A stretch of 64,000 bases of DNA from Octopus sinensis (lineage: Eukaryota), in the NCBI RefSeq assembly GCF_006345805.1, contig NC_042999.1:1860001-1924000 (forward strand). Direction: 5' to 3'. Made by a program: the position numbers and the translations under genes. Position 1 is the stretch's first letter. Each line of letters begins with the position of its first letter. Under the pieces are notes generated by a model. It made no database searches. It was not told where the DNA came from and was given only the letters and a program-made list of their open reading frames with translations. Below are positions 11,822-25,413 of this stretch, piece by piece.

Positions 11822-13440
11822 AACATACACATATATATGTACATATATATATACACACATATATACATGTATATATACATATATACCTGTATATACATAC
11901 ATATATACATGTATATACATACATATATACATGTATATACACACATATATATACAGGTATATATACATACATATATATGTATGTATATATATACATGTAT
12001 ATACATACATATTTATATATACGTGCATGTATGTATGTAGGTTGGTATTATTTATGTAGTCTGAATGTGTCTCGATGAAATAAATATGTATTCAATATCG
12101 AATATTTTTCGTAATTTATAAAATAAAAAAAACATAACTTGATACTTTCAAACTGTTTAATTAACCAAAATACTACCAACAAAACCAACAGTAAAAAAAT
12201 ATCAAAAAAAAGTATTCCTGGGGTATGGACAATATCCACACATATGTATCTTTAAATACTGACTCGTAAACATACACATTAACGCCCATATATGGACATG
12301 CACACACACACTTTCATACATGCGTATACATACATATATACATATATATATGTATATATAACACATGGGTATATATGCTTGTGTGTGTGTATACACATGT
12401 ATATAAATATATATATACTTACATATATAGATATATAATCATCATCATCATCATCATCATTTAACGTCTATTCTACGATGATGATGATGATGAAGATGAT
12501 ATATATCTATATATGTATGTATATATATATCTATATACATGTGTATATATATATATAAATATATGGTTATGTAACTATACGTATGCATATATATATAGAT
12601 GCTTACATATATGTGCAAATATGCATATATATATAAGTATATAAATATATACACACACACACACACATATATATATATATGTATATGTATACATGTACAC
12701 ATGTATACATATATACATGTATACATATATAATACATTAATGTATATACCCTTGAAATCTTCCATAAGCATATGTATATGTGTGTGTGTATTTGTTTGAG
12801 TCTGTGCATGTATGTATATGTGTCTATTTATATACATATATGTATACATACATACATACACATACATATGTACAAACACACACACACGCACACACAACCA
12901 CATACATATATATATATATATATATATGTGTGTGTATGTATCTCTTTTGAATTTATACTCACTCATTTCTCACTCTTATTCTTCATATTCAATACAGAAT
13001 TTCTTTCTGAATACCATTTTTCAGGCACCATTTCATTTCCTTTATTCAAGACCAAAGAACTGCATGAAAACATCAATAAATTAATAACTATATATGTATA
13101 AAAAATAGGCTGAGTGTTTAAATGGCCAAGTTATTGAGAAAGGTTCCTGTTAAATATGTCTGGCATGAAGTCTTTTGTTTGGTTCAAGATTTGCACTTTT
13201 GCAGAATTTTAATATGTAAATATATGTTGCTCGTGTATACATACATAATGTATGTATATGAATATGTTTATCTCTCTCTATATATATATATGTAATGTAG
13301 GTAGATCGTTTGCTTTTGAGTAAGTCCTTCTGTATGGCACCTGGGCAAGTGTCTTCTATATTAGCCCCAGGTGGATTTGGTAGATGGGAACTGAAAGTAG
13401 CTGATCATATATTTATATGTGTGTGTGTGTGCGTCTTGGA

Positions 13441-13650
13441 GGCAAAGTGGCTGAGTTTCTTTTGAGCGTTGGGCCTCATCAAGGCAAAGTGGCTGAGTTC
13501 CTCTCAAACATTGGGCCTCATTGAGGCAAGATGGCTGAATGCCTTTTGAGCAGTGGGCCTCACAGAGGCAAAGTGGCTGAGTTCCTTTCAAGTGTTGGGC
13601 CTCACAGAGGCAAAGTGGCTGAATTATTTTCAGGTTTTGGGCCTCACAGA
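13441..13650 (+). repeat. Five tandem 42-bp units inside an S4 element
   Basis: Units start at 13441, 13483, 13525, 13567 and 13609. Conserved GGGCCTCACAGA-GGCAAAGTGGCTGA with a variable middle. Two related units occur at ~19840-19905. Confidence 0.95.
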
Positions 13651-13733
13651 GACAATGACTAAATTCTTTGGCATTATGTTTTACTTGAGAAGACCCATCA
13701 AGCTTAGCAAAATCACAGTTACTCTCTCTCTCT

Positions 13734-13950
13734 TTTTCTCTTTTACTTGTTTCAGTCATTTGACTGCGGCCATGCTGGAGCACCACCTTTAGTCAAGCAA
13801 ATCGACCCCGGCACTTATTCTTTGTAAGCCCAGTACTTATTCTATCGGTCTCTTTTGCCAAACCGCTAAGTTACGGGGACGTAAACACACCAGCATCGGT
13901 TGTCAAGTAATGCTAGAGGGACTAACGCAGACACACAAACATATACACAC

Positions 13951-13993
<43 letters not shown>

Positions 13994-14158
13994 TACGACA
14001 GGCTTCTTTCAGTTTCCATCTACCAAATCCACTCATAAGGCTTTGGTTGGCCTGAGGCTATAGCAGAAGACACTTGCCCAAGATGCCACGTAGTGGGACT
14101 GAACCCAGAACCATGTGGCTGGTTAGCAAGCTACTTACCACACGCCACTCCTGCACCT
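13734..14158 (-). mobile_element. tRNA-derived SINE, family S1 (CORE-like CCTTGGGCAAG), inserted into an S4 element
   Basis: Head AGGTGCAGGAGTGGCGTGTGGTAAG, GGTTCAGTCCC B box, central (TA/TG)n, tail GGTGCTCCAGCATGGCCGCAGTCAAATGACTGAAACAAGTAAAAGA. The S4 sequence resumes on the far side. Confidence 0.85.
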
Positions 14159-14582
14159 ATATGTGGCAGTTGTGGCAGATATGTGCATCACGCAAATGGC
14201 ACCTGTGCCAGTGGTTTGTAAAAGCACCCATTACACTCTTGGAGTAGTTGGTGTTAGGAAGGGCATATGGCCATACAAAACCACACCAAATAATACTGGA
14301 GTCTGGTGCAGCCTACCAGCTTACCAGCCCAGGTCAAATTGGCTGACAACGGATGTTAAATGATGATGTGTGTGGAACCTGCATAGTATTGTAGATATAT
14401 AAAAATGGCTAATTTAGCAGTTTCTCCATCGGAAAACTGATGGGCAACCTTAGTCAGTTTTCTAATTTTATTGGATTTTCATTAGAGGTATTTACAATAA
14501 TTTGTTCAGTCCTAAAGAATCAAACAGCCAATCCATTTATGTTCTCAACGATACTATTTGCTATACAAAACTGGAGCTATTA

Positions 14583-14632
14583 ATTTGCATATTATAATTT
14601 GCATATCATAATTTGCATATCATAATTTGCAT
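14583..14632. repeat. Four tandem 14-bp units each carrying the POU octamer ATTTGCAT
   Basis: ATTTGCAT at 14583, 14597, 14611 and 14625. Confidence 0.9.
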
Positions 14633-14987
14633 ATTATAATGGTTAACAGTTTCTTTTTCCCTGAAGCTCTGATGTCTGGCAACTGACTCGGTAAACACCC
14701 ACAAAATGTTTAACCATCGTGCCCACAACCACCTTGAGCATCTTTTTGTATTCCGTGTCTAACACATGTGGGCATGCCTACAAAGTCACAAAACGGCACA
14801 GTTCCCATGACTTTCTCTCATTCGCTGTATACCTAACGATCATTGTGAAAGTGATGGTGCTTTAACAGTAAGCTACCACGTGTAAACCATTCCTTTTATA
14901 TATATATATATATATATATAGTACCTTCCGACAATCTGATCTTTTGCTCTTTTATGTGCATGTATTCTTGTAATATTTTCTAATATT

Positions 14988-15339
14988 AGGTGCAGGAGTG
15001 GCTGTGTGGTAAGTAGCTTGCTTACCAACCACACGGTTCCGGGTTCAGTCCCACTGTGTGGCAACTTGGGCAAGTGCCTTCTACTATAGCCTCAGGCCGA
15101 CCAAAGCCTTGTGAGTGGATTTGGTAAACGGAAACTGAAAGAAGCCTGTCGTATATGTATATATATATATATATATATAAAAAGGAAATGAAGAAAATGC
15201 TGACAAAATAATTTAAGTAAGGGAGAGTGTATTTAATTAGGTGAAAGTTCTTTTTACCGGTTGCGCATTTGTTATGCTTATCAAAAGATATTTTTTTAAG
15301 AGAGATAGAGTTCCTTTCTGATAGATTTTTTTCTCTTAT

Positions 15340-15380
<41 letters not shown>

Positions 15381-15586
15381 GTGTGTTTGCCCCCCCCCCA
15401 ACATCGCTTGACAACCAATGCTGTTGCGTTTATGTCCCCATAACTTAGCGGTTCGGCAAAAGAGACCGATAGAATAAGTACTAGGCTTACAAAGAATAAG
15501 TCCTGGGGGTCGATTTGCTCGACTAAAGGCGGTGCTCCAGCATGGCCGCAGTCAAATGACTGAAACAAATAAAAGAGTAAAGAGAG
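14988..15586 (+). mobile_element. SINE family S1, interrupted by an AT-rich insert
   Basis: Same head and tail as 13734-14158. Weaker or partial S1 copies at about 9121-9312(+), 30775-30918(-), 31820-32175(+), 42365-42770(+), 58500-58750(-). Confidence 0.85.
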
Positions 15587-15999
15587 TAATACATTGGAAT
15601 AAATAGGCAGACTAGAATGTCTATCAGCTGATCTGTGTCATTTTTGTATCCTCCCCATTTTCTTATTTGCCACATGTGTTTGTGTGTGTGTGTGTGTGTT
15701 ACTTGTTTCAGAATGGATCAACCCTAAACTAACTTTTGATAACATCCTGAATAGAACTGCTTGTTGTGGGAATGTAAACACATTAACACTGGTTGTCAAG
15801 CAGTGGCGGAGGGACAGATACCAACATAAACACACCCCAACAAACACACGTGTGTGTGTGTGTCTGTATATATATATACATATATATTAGAAGAAATGGG
15901 GTACTCAGAAAATCGATGGTTTATATTTACAGATACTTATTTGTATATTACATTTTTTATCCATCATATAACTTAGATCATGTATTAGCGCTTTCTCCC

Positions 16000-16035
<36 letters not shown>

Positions 16036-16131
16036 TATATATATCAAAATAGAAATTCTCCAGACCATTAGAGACACGTGCAAAGGGAAGGTTCTTACGA
16101 ACTAACCCTGAAATCGGTCTGATATTGTAAA

Positions 16132-16173
<42 letters not shown>

Positions 16174-16338
16174 AATACACACGTGTGTGCATGTGTATAT
16201 ATTTATGTATATATTATGTGTGTGTGTATATATATATGTATATATATATATAATATACACACACACACATATACATGTATATATATATACACACACATAC
16301 ATATATATACACACACATATACATGTATATATATATAT

Positions 16339-16373
<35 letters not shown>

Positions 16374-17016
16374 CAGACACATATATGTGTGTACATATAT
16401 TTATGTATATATGTGTATATATATATGTGTGTGTGTGTATATATATATACATGCACACACACATATTGATAGATCTAGATATATATATATATATATATAT
16501 CGCCATTGCCCTCCTTCCTTTAAATATGCCTCGAATATTGAATGAATTATCTATGACCTTAGCATGGAGACGTATGACATAGCTGACATTTTTGAGTAAT
16601 TATTAAATTATTGAATGATTTTCTCAACAACTTATCTGCTTCTCATTATGAATTCCACTCAGATCTGTTGGAGTGAAAGTTTGGAGTGGAGTGGAGGGAG
16701 AGAGGGAGAGAGGGAATGTGGAGAGCAATGACTGCAGATAAAAGAGGTGCTTTCTGAGCAGAATGTTGTGACAGTTCATCAACTGCATCATGAAATTTGG
16801 GAAAGAGGAAGAAGAAAGGAGAAGGAAGAGGGAGAGAGAGGGGAGGGGAGAAAGAAAGAAAGAAAGAAAGAGGGACGGAAAGTGAGTGAGAAAAAGAAAG
16901 AGAGAAAGTCTGTATATGTTTTGGAGTGAAAGGATGAGGAGAGATAAAGGATGTGTTTAGGGAGAACAGAGAAAAGAGACTGAAAGAGACTGAAAGAGAG
17001 AGAAAATGGACATTAA

Positions 17017-17560
17017 ATGATGATGATGACTATGAGAATGATGGTTGTCGACGATGGTGAGGAGAAGGATAATGATGATAATGAGGATGATGATGATGAC
17101 GACAACAATGATGGTGAGGAGGATGATGATGATGATGACGATGACAACAACGATGGTAAAGAGAATATGGATGATGATGATGATGATGACAATGATGGTG
17201 AGGAGAAGGATGATGATGATGATGATGATGTTGACGATGACAATAATGATGGCAAGGAGGATGATGATGATGACGATGACAATGATGGTGAGGAGAAGGT
17301 TAAGGATGATGAGGAGAAGGATGATGATGATGACAATGACAACAATGATGGCAAGGAGGATGATGATGGTGACGATGACAACGATGGTGAGGAGAAGGAT
17401 AAGGATCATGATCATGATGACGACAACGATGGTAAAGAGGAGAATAAGGATAATGATGATGATGACGATGACAATGATGGTGAGGAGAAGGAGAAGGATT
17501 ATGATGATGATGATGAGGATGGTGATGATAGAGACAACAACTATGGTGAGGAGGAGGATA

Positions 17561-17601
<41 letters not shown>

Positions 17602-17650
17602 GATGATGATAACGATGACAACGACGATGGTGAGGAGGAGGATAATGATA
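17017..17650 (+). repeat. (GAT/GAC)n tract with recurring GGTGAGGAGAAG punctuation
   Basis: Motif GACAA(C/T)GATGGTGAGGAG(A/G)AG recurs about ten times among GAT runs and gives a stop-free Asp/Glu frame. Confidence 0.9.
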
Positions 17651-17974
17651 ATTTTCTTAATTTTGGTTTTTGTTTGTGTTGCAGTTTTTCCAAATCTTCA
17701 ATTGAAATCAAAAAGTAATTAAAATTTATTGTAATCAAATTTTAATTTACTCCTTCTCTATTATATTCAAATCAAATTTAATAATGATGGGGAAACGATA
17801 CAAAAAACAAAAAAACACAGAACATACATTAGTTCAAGTATTCTCATATTTTTCATCTAATTATTGAAGTCTTTCTCTGTATATGTGTGTGCGTGTGCAT
17901 GTGTGTGTGTGTGTGTTTAGTTTACATATGAATACACTGATGTGCATTTATATATATATATATATATATATATA

Positions 17975-18280
17975 TCATGTGATCATGTGACCGACCAGTC
18001 CATCAGATGTAGTTATACATCGCTGGTCACAATGCGTTCGCATTGTTTTAGCCTTCAAATGACGCCACCCCGCTGGCTAAGTGAGCAGGCCAACAGAAGA
18101 AAGAGTGGGAGAAAGAGTGGTGAAAGAGTACAGCAGGGATCACCACCCCCTGACGGAGCCTTGTGGAGCTTTTAGGCGTTTTTGCTCAATAAACACTCAC
18201 AACGTCCAGTCTGGGAATCGAAACCACGATCCTACGACCGCGAGTCTGCTGCCCTAACCACTGAGCCCGTGCGCCTCCAC
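17975..18280 (-). mobile_element. tRNA-derived SINE, family S3
   Basis: Head GTGGAGGCGCACGGGCTCAGTGGTTAGGGCAGCAGACTCGCGGTCGTAGGATCGTGGTTTCGATTCCC. Other copies at 23160-23460(-), 31430-31795(-, decayed), 35663-36020(+), 47870-48256(-), 53174-53390(+). Confidence 0.85.
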
Positions 18281-19321
18281 ATATATATATATACATATAT
18301 ATATGTGTGTGTGTGTGTGTAAACTTAGATAAACTTAGATATGTTTCGACCAAAGATTGGTCATATATATATATACTTATTCACACATATGTATTTATAC
18401 ACACATGAATGCATGCAAACATACACCCTTATGCATCCTTAAACACATATACATACAAATGATCATGCACATGTATACATACACATACATGTATATATAA
18501 TAAGTATAATGTATTATATATAATGTATACATGATATATATGTCTGTATATGTATATATATGCTTGTACATACACATATATGCATTTAAGCATATATCTA
18601 CATGTGCACGTATGCTTGTGTGCGTGTATATATATATATACTTACACACACAAACACAAACATACACACACTCATGTATATATATATATAAGCGTATATA
18701 TGAATATATATATTTGCTTACACACACAAACACATGCACACACAAACACACACACACTCATGTATATATATATATATAAGTGTATATATAAATGTATGTA
18801 CGTATACTTAGAAATTCATTGTAACCCAACTATCCATGCAATTTCAACTTCCTCGTTAACACACCATCCTTCAATGCCATTGTACAGCATCTAATTAATT
18901 GTCATTTCTAAACTCATCAATTTTGCAAACCTTATGCAAAACACTTGTTGCTTTTGGCCTGTTTGCATTTAATTAAATAGAAAAAAATTATATATTATTT
19001 TTCTTATTGTATGTATCTTTTATTGTTTTTAATTATTCATTTCCATTGATTAGTAGAAATGGAAAAATAGTATTGGTACTCTTTCCTATTTTTTTAGTAT
19101 TGTATTTTGTATTTATCTATTATTTATTTAATTATAAGAGCAGAAATTAATATTATTAAATAATATCAATTTCAACCAGAGGTCAGCATACTTATAAAAT
19201 GTCCAAAGACCATCATTTATTTAAATATGAGAGACCACTATGTGGAACCTTTGTATGCTAAAAATAGATGTCAAACCATCTTACCATGAAATCTGTTCTA
19301 TATTTAAGAGATGAGGAATTA

Positions 19322-19576
19322 TGTACATTATTTACATTTGACGGATATTTGTCCTCATCTTGCTTATTGTTAACACAACATTTCGGCTGATATACTCTCC
19401 AGCCTTCATCAGATGTCTTGAGGAAATTTCGAACTTGAGTTCTCATTCCTAAAGTATTTTTCAATGTTGTTATTATCATTATCATTATCATTATTATTAT
19501 CATTGTTCAGGTCACTGTATGGAACTGAACTCAGAATCTTGGAGTTAGTAGCCCGCGCTCTTAACCACCATGCCAT
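19322..19576 (-). mobile_element. SINE-like element S5: tRNA-like head + (AAT)n + hammerhead motif + (TGTAAATAA)n tail
   Basis: Minus strand: ATGGCATGGTGGTTAAGAGCGCGGGCTACTAACTCCAAGATTCTGAGTTCAGTTCC ... GACAT-CTGATGA-A-GGCTG-GAGAGTATAT-CAGCC-GAAA-TGTT-GTGTT (19372-19417). Confidence 0.75.
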
Positions 19577-19578
19577 AA

Positions 19579-19748
19579 AATAACAATAATAACAACATCG
19601 AAAAATACCTTAGAAATGAGAACCCAGGTTTGAAATTTCCCCAAGACACCTGAAAAAGGCTGGAGGGTATATCAGCCGAAACATTGTGTTAACAACAAAC
19701 AAGATGAGGACAAATATCCGTTAAATGTAAATAATGTAAATAATGCAC
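19579..19748 (+). mobile_element. Headless S5 copy, inverted relative to 19322-19576
   Basis: GACAC-CTGAAAA-A-GGCTG-GAGGGTATAT-CAGCC-GAAA-CATT-GTGTT at 19645-19690, followed by the AATGTAAATAATGTAAATAATG tail. Confidence 0.75.
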
Positions 19749-20139
19749 TAAATCTGTGTTCTCAACTTAGTAAACACGCTAGATGTTTACGAGCTGGACA
19801 AATGAAGAGAAATAAACAGAGCAGTTAATTCCATACATTTACTTGGGCCTCATGGAGGTAAAGTGGCCGAGCTCCTTTTGACCATTGGGCCACACAGAGG
19901 CAATGACCAAGACCTTTGGCATTATATTGTGCTTGAGAAGAAGACCCATCAAGCCAAGCAAAATCACAGTCATGGCAGATACCGGTGTCCTGCAAATGGC
20001 ACATGTGCCAGTGGCACATAAAAGCACCCATTTCACTCTCGGAGTGGTTGGCACTAGGAAGAGTATCCAGCTGTAGAAAACCATTCCAAGTTAGACCAAT
20101 CCTGGTCAAACTGTCCAACCCAGGCCAGCTTGGACAATG

Positions 20140-20619
20140 GACGTCAAATAATGATGATGATGATGATGATATGAATACATGAGTGGGGTATGAATGATGG
20201 TTGAGGTTAGTTTGGCTGCCAGTTCAATTTGAAATGCTCCAAGTTGGTCAATTTTCATAATCATTGTTGTCACTGTCAGCGTCAGTGTCAGCATCATTGT
20301 CATCACCATCATCATATATTATCATTATCATAATCATCATCAACCTCACCATTGCCATCACCACCACCACCAACACCATTATCATCATCACCACTACCAC
20401 CACCACCATCACCATCATCACCTCCACCATCACTATCACCACCACCATCATCATCACCACCACATCACATGATGCTGATGATGATGACAATGATGATAAT
20501 GACAATGATGAGGATGATGACGATGACAATGATGACGGCAGTGAAAACAACAATGATGATGATGATGATGTCGATGACAACAATTAATATGATGACAATG
20601 ATGATGATGACAAAGATGC

Positions 20620-20654
<35 letters not shown>

Positions 20655-20660
20655 GTGACG
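20140..20660. repeat. (CAT)/(CAC)/(GAT) trinucleotide tracts
   Basis: Visible. Similar tracts at 27955-28280, 33980-34135 and 46770-47210. Confidence 0.9.
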
Positions 20661-21028
20661 CTAGTTTCCTTTGGGCTTGCAAGCAATGAATTCAAGTCTT
20701 GTAAATGATTTCTCGGGGATGAAAAAAGATGAAAGTCTTTAAGTCTTTAATAGCCTTTGCCTGCCTTACCAAACCCGGGTGAGGTTTGCTCGCATCACAA
20801 AGCCTTCAGAAAGACACAAAATCATAAGAACCAACAACAACAACAGCAAGAAGTTTCATACATTTATAGAATGCAGGGTATTTCATTACAGGTAACAATG
20901 AGTGGAGGAGAGGGCGTCATATTTGGGATTCGGACACTTGCGTCTGTAGCACAGAGTAATAAAAGGCTACGTTAGATTTGGTTAATTAAAGGGCATACTG
21001 CTGCTACTTGTTGTTGTTATTGTTGTTG

Positions 21029-21060
<32 letters not shown>

Positions 21061-21376
21061 GTTGCTGGCGTTGTTGTTGTTGAAGATAATGTTCTTAGGT
21101 GTTTCCTTTCACAGGTGTAATTGATTGCAATATATCATGCTGTACATATATTTCAACATGACTGCTATGTAAATGCACTTCATAAAGCTATGCAAATGTG
21201 CATACATACATAAATATATATATATATACATACATATTCATATATACATATCTATATAGAGAGAGATTTATATGTATATAATCACATATTACAATATATA
21301 CATATACATACATATATAAAACATACATACATATATATACATACATACATATATGCACACACACACATATATATAT

Positions 21377-21407
<31 letters not shown>

Positions 21408-22659
21408 CACATATATACATATATATATACATATACACATATATATACATATACATACATATATATACACACACACACACATACATACATGTATATATGT
21501 ATATATATATATATATATAATATGTATATGTCAATACACTATATATATATTATATATATATATATATATAATATATATATATATATACACACACTTGCAT
21601 ATATACATGTGTATAAATGTATGTATGTATATATATAATATATGTGTGTGTGTGTGTATCTATCAGCCTCTCTTTGTATTATCTCTCTCTCTCTATCTCT
21701 CTCTCGCTACATGTGTGTGTTGTGTGTGTATTGACTAATGGAAAATCAGAGAATTATATACATATATGTGTTCTGCAACCAAAGAAAGCCGAACTTTCAC
21801 TCTCTCTCTCTCTCCCTCTTTATTACACTTTGGCAATTACATAGAAGCAATCTGCTCAGGTTGATATTTTATACAACCGCATATAATAAAAAGCAGAAGA
21901 AAAACATTTGTTTATGGTTGTCGGATAATGGGATTCCCATTATAAGAACCAATACCGAAATTATAAAGGTCACTCAGATTCTTCTTTACCTCATTTGGAT
22001 TTCAGCAAAATATCTTCAAATTGACATATTATTTTGGAGCAGTGTTGATTACATTATGCAATTCCAAAATCTACCGATTCTAAAGATGGAAGCTATTCTT
22101 GACTCAGGAAGCATTCATCCCAAGACTGCCATGGTGAATTGTTGCTTCAATTTCCATCAAAGATTCCTCGTAAAATAAATGTATCATAGCAGCACCGGGT
22201 TGGCCAGTTTCTTATTTTTCCATTATTTCTTCCAGAGTTTGTAGCAATTTTTCTGCTCTTTAATATTTTTACTTGCAGACTTTTTCTCTTGGTTCCTTTC
22301 TTCTTAATTTCCATTTTCTTTCCCTTCTCTCTTTTTCTCCCCTTTCTCACTCTCTCTCTCTTTCTCTTTGTTTCGCTTTCATTCTCATATCGGTTTCTCT
22401 CCCTTTCTCTCTCCTTTGTTCATATGCATGCATAGTCTACCTATCTATCTATCTTTCTATCAATCTACTTAACTATCTATCTGTATACATACATATATAT
22501 ACATATATAAATATATATATATTATGCACATACACACACTCACACATATATATGTATGCATAACACACACACACAATATATATAGTGCATATATGTATAT
22601 ATATATATATATATATAGAGAGGAGAGAGAGAGAGAGAGATATGCATGTATATATATAT

Positions 22660-22713
<54 letters not shown>

Positions 22714-22720
22714 ATAAGTA

Positions 22721-22763
<43 letters not shown>

Positions 22764-24732
22764 TATGTATGTATTTCATATCCAACAAATAGTCTACAGC
22801 ACTTTTGACATAACCATTTCCAGCTAGAAGATACACATATACTTCTGGTTGGATGAGGTGGAAAGAGAGTGTGGGGGAGAGACAGAGAGAGAGAGAGTGA
22901 AGGGGACAGAGAGAGAGAAGGAAAAAGGAAGTAAAAGGTGTGAGAGTGGCAGAGTGAAGAAGAGAGAATAACATATAAAACAGGAGTTGGTAAAGAGGAA
23001 GGTAACATAATTATATTTCTCTGCCTTAATGTAAGATAAAAATCCCAAACAGAAATCTGGAAATTGCAGTAAAATATTGCAATCATGGGAAGATATAAAT
23101 ATTTTGGTTTAGAATTGTCTTATACATCCATCCGTCTGTCCATACATACATACATATTACGTGATTGACCAGACCATCAGATGTTGCTACACATCGCTGG
23201 TCACAATGCGCTTCACATTGTTTTAGCCTTCAAATGACGCCACCCCACTGGCTAAGTGAGCAGACCAACAGAAGAAAGAGTGAGAGAAAGTTGCGGCGAA
23301 AGAGTACAGCAGGGATTGCCACCACTCCCCCTGCCGGAGCCTCATGGAGCTTTAGGTGTTTTCGCTCAATAAACACTCACAACGCCCGGTCTGGGAATCA
23401 AAACTGCAATCCTATGACCGCAAGTCCGCTGCTCTAACCACTGAGCCATTGCGCCTCCAACATACATACATATAGTTACTAGTTACTCTATCCAGATTGC
23501 AAGTTCAGGTTTATACCTGTAATTATTGGGGCCCTGGGATATGTAACACACTGAATAAATATCAATCTTGGGAAATTAGGCTTCTCAAAACCAGAATGGA
23601 GAAAGCTAATTCGAAGACTACAGATACAATCCATCACTAGAACTGTAAAAATCTGTAAAACTTTCTACAAGTTTATCATTTAAATATATTCTTTTCTACT
23701 CTAGGCACAAGGCTCGTATAAGAGCATGTCATATAAGTACGTGTGGTGTGTGTGTGTGTACCCCACCACTTCTTAATGACTGTCGTTGGTGTGTTTATAT
23801 TTCCGTAACTTAGCAAATGAGTAACTTGGCAAAAGAGTAGGACAGAATATAAGATTACCAAACTTAAGAATATAATTGCTGGGGTTGATTCGTTCCACTA
23901 AAATTCTTCAAAGTGGTGCCCCAGCATGGCCACAGACAAACCGACTGAAACAAAACTTTAAAACATAAAGGGAAAAAGAAGCAGAGACCAGCTTAACAAA
24001 TCAAGCTAAGAAGAGATCAATAGTCTCATAACGGCTTCTGCCCATGACAGATGGACGTCCTCATCACTGTTCTATAATAGAAATGAAATGAGAAAACCAT
24101 AAAATAATGGAACCATCATCAACATCATCGTTTAGCGTCTGCTTTCCATGCCAGCATGGGTTGGACGGTTCAACTGGGGTCTGGGAAGCCAGAAGGCTAC
24201 ACCAGGCCCAGTTTGATCTGGCAATGTTTCTACGGCTGGATGCCCTTCCTAACGCCAACCACTCCATGAGTGTAGTGGGTGCTTTTTACGTGCCACCGGC
24301 ACAGGTGCCAGACGAATCTGGCAAACGGCCATGATCGGATGGTGCTTTTTATGTGCCACCGGCACGGGGGCCAGGCAAGGCTGGCAACGGATACGAACGG
24401 ATGGTGCTTTTTACGTGCCACCGGCACGAGGCCAGTCGGGGCGGCGCTGGCAATAGCCATGAACAGATGGTGGTGCCAGACGAGTCTGGCAAATGGCCCG
24501 CGTCTGGAAATAGATAAGAGTAAATGATATTATCAAGTCCTTAAAATTGTTGAAATATAGTTGGGCTATGTATCTGGTGAGGGTCACTGATATCAAAGGT
24601 AGGACAAATTTAACAAACTACAAAAGAAGTGAAGAATGTTTGCAAAGAAGATGGTGAGAGGAATCGGAAAGATTTACAAAAAACAAAGAAAAATGCTGGA
24701 GATTGGGAAGCCAAAGCTGAAAGTCATGGAGA

Positions 24733-24779
24733 GACATACATACATACATATATACATATATACATACATACATACATAT

Positions 24780-24810
<31 letters not shown>

Positions 24811-25040
24811 CATACATACATACATATATACATACATACATACATACATACATACATACCATACATACATACATACCATACATACATACATATATACATA
24901 CATACATACATACCATACATACATACATAGCATACATACATACATATATACATACATACATACATATATCCATATATACATACATACATACATACATACA
25001 TACATACATACATACCATACATACATACATACATACACAC

Positions 25041-25072
<32 letters not shown>

Positions 25073-25275
25073 CATATATACATACATACATACATACATC
25101 CATACATACCATACATATATACATACATACATACCATACATACATACATACATACATACATACATACATACCATACATATATACATACATACATACATAC
25201 CATACATACATACATACATACATACATACATACCATACATACATACATACATACATACATACATACCATACATAT
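24733..25275. repeat. (CATA)n tetranucleotide microsatellite
   Basis: Visible. A second large array lies at 48945-49480. Confidence 0.95.
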
Positions 25276-25360
25276 CTTACATCTATTTTCTTGCCTCCAA
25301 CTCACTCTCTATTTTGTATAACATCTAAACTAACTATGACTTAACTTTCCTCTCACACCA

Positions 25361-25413
25361 TCTCTGATGAAGGGATATAATTATTAATTAATATCCTAGA
25401 AACAGCTGTAAGA
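25361..25413 (+). ncRNA. Hammerhead-like motif with 8-nt palindromic stem III
   Basis: TCT-CTGATGA-AGGGATAT..ATATCCTA-GAA-ACAGCTGT-A-AGA; GUA site. The pair closing stem II is an A-A mismatch. Confidence 0.55.

Noticed and set aside
13441-13650. CRISPR-like repeat-spacer appearance
   Set aside because: Eukaryotic retroposon context, no cas genes, variable parts only ~15 nt and mutually related, and repeats are degenerate.
16078-16125. Hammerhead-like half (AGGG..CCCT-GAAA-TCGGTC); similar halves near 41930-41985 and 42175-42215
   Set aside because: The CUGANGA half or stem I is missing, so they are too degenerate to call.
17017-17718. 233-aa Asp-rich ORF as an Aspein-like biomineral protein
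   Set aside because: No signal peptide, non-repetitive domain or splice support; the open frame is expected from a GAT repeat.
21738-22178. 146-aa non-repetitive ORF
   Set aside because: It starts in microsatellite, has no recognisable motif in any frame or strand and no convincing splice sites; it could still be UTR or a divergent exon.
24520-24700. Possible LINE RT C-terminal remnant (KYSWAMYLVRVTD)
   Set aside because: Resemblance is too weak to support without a profile search.
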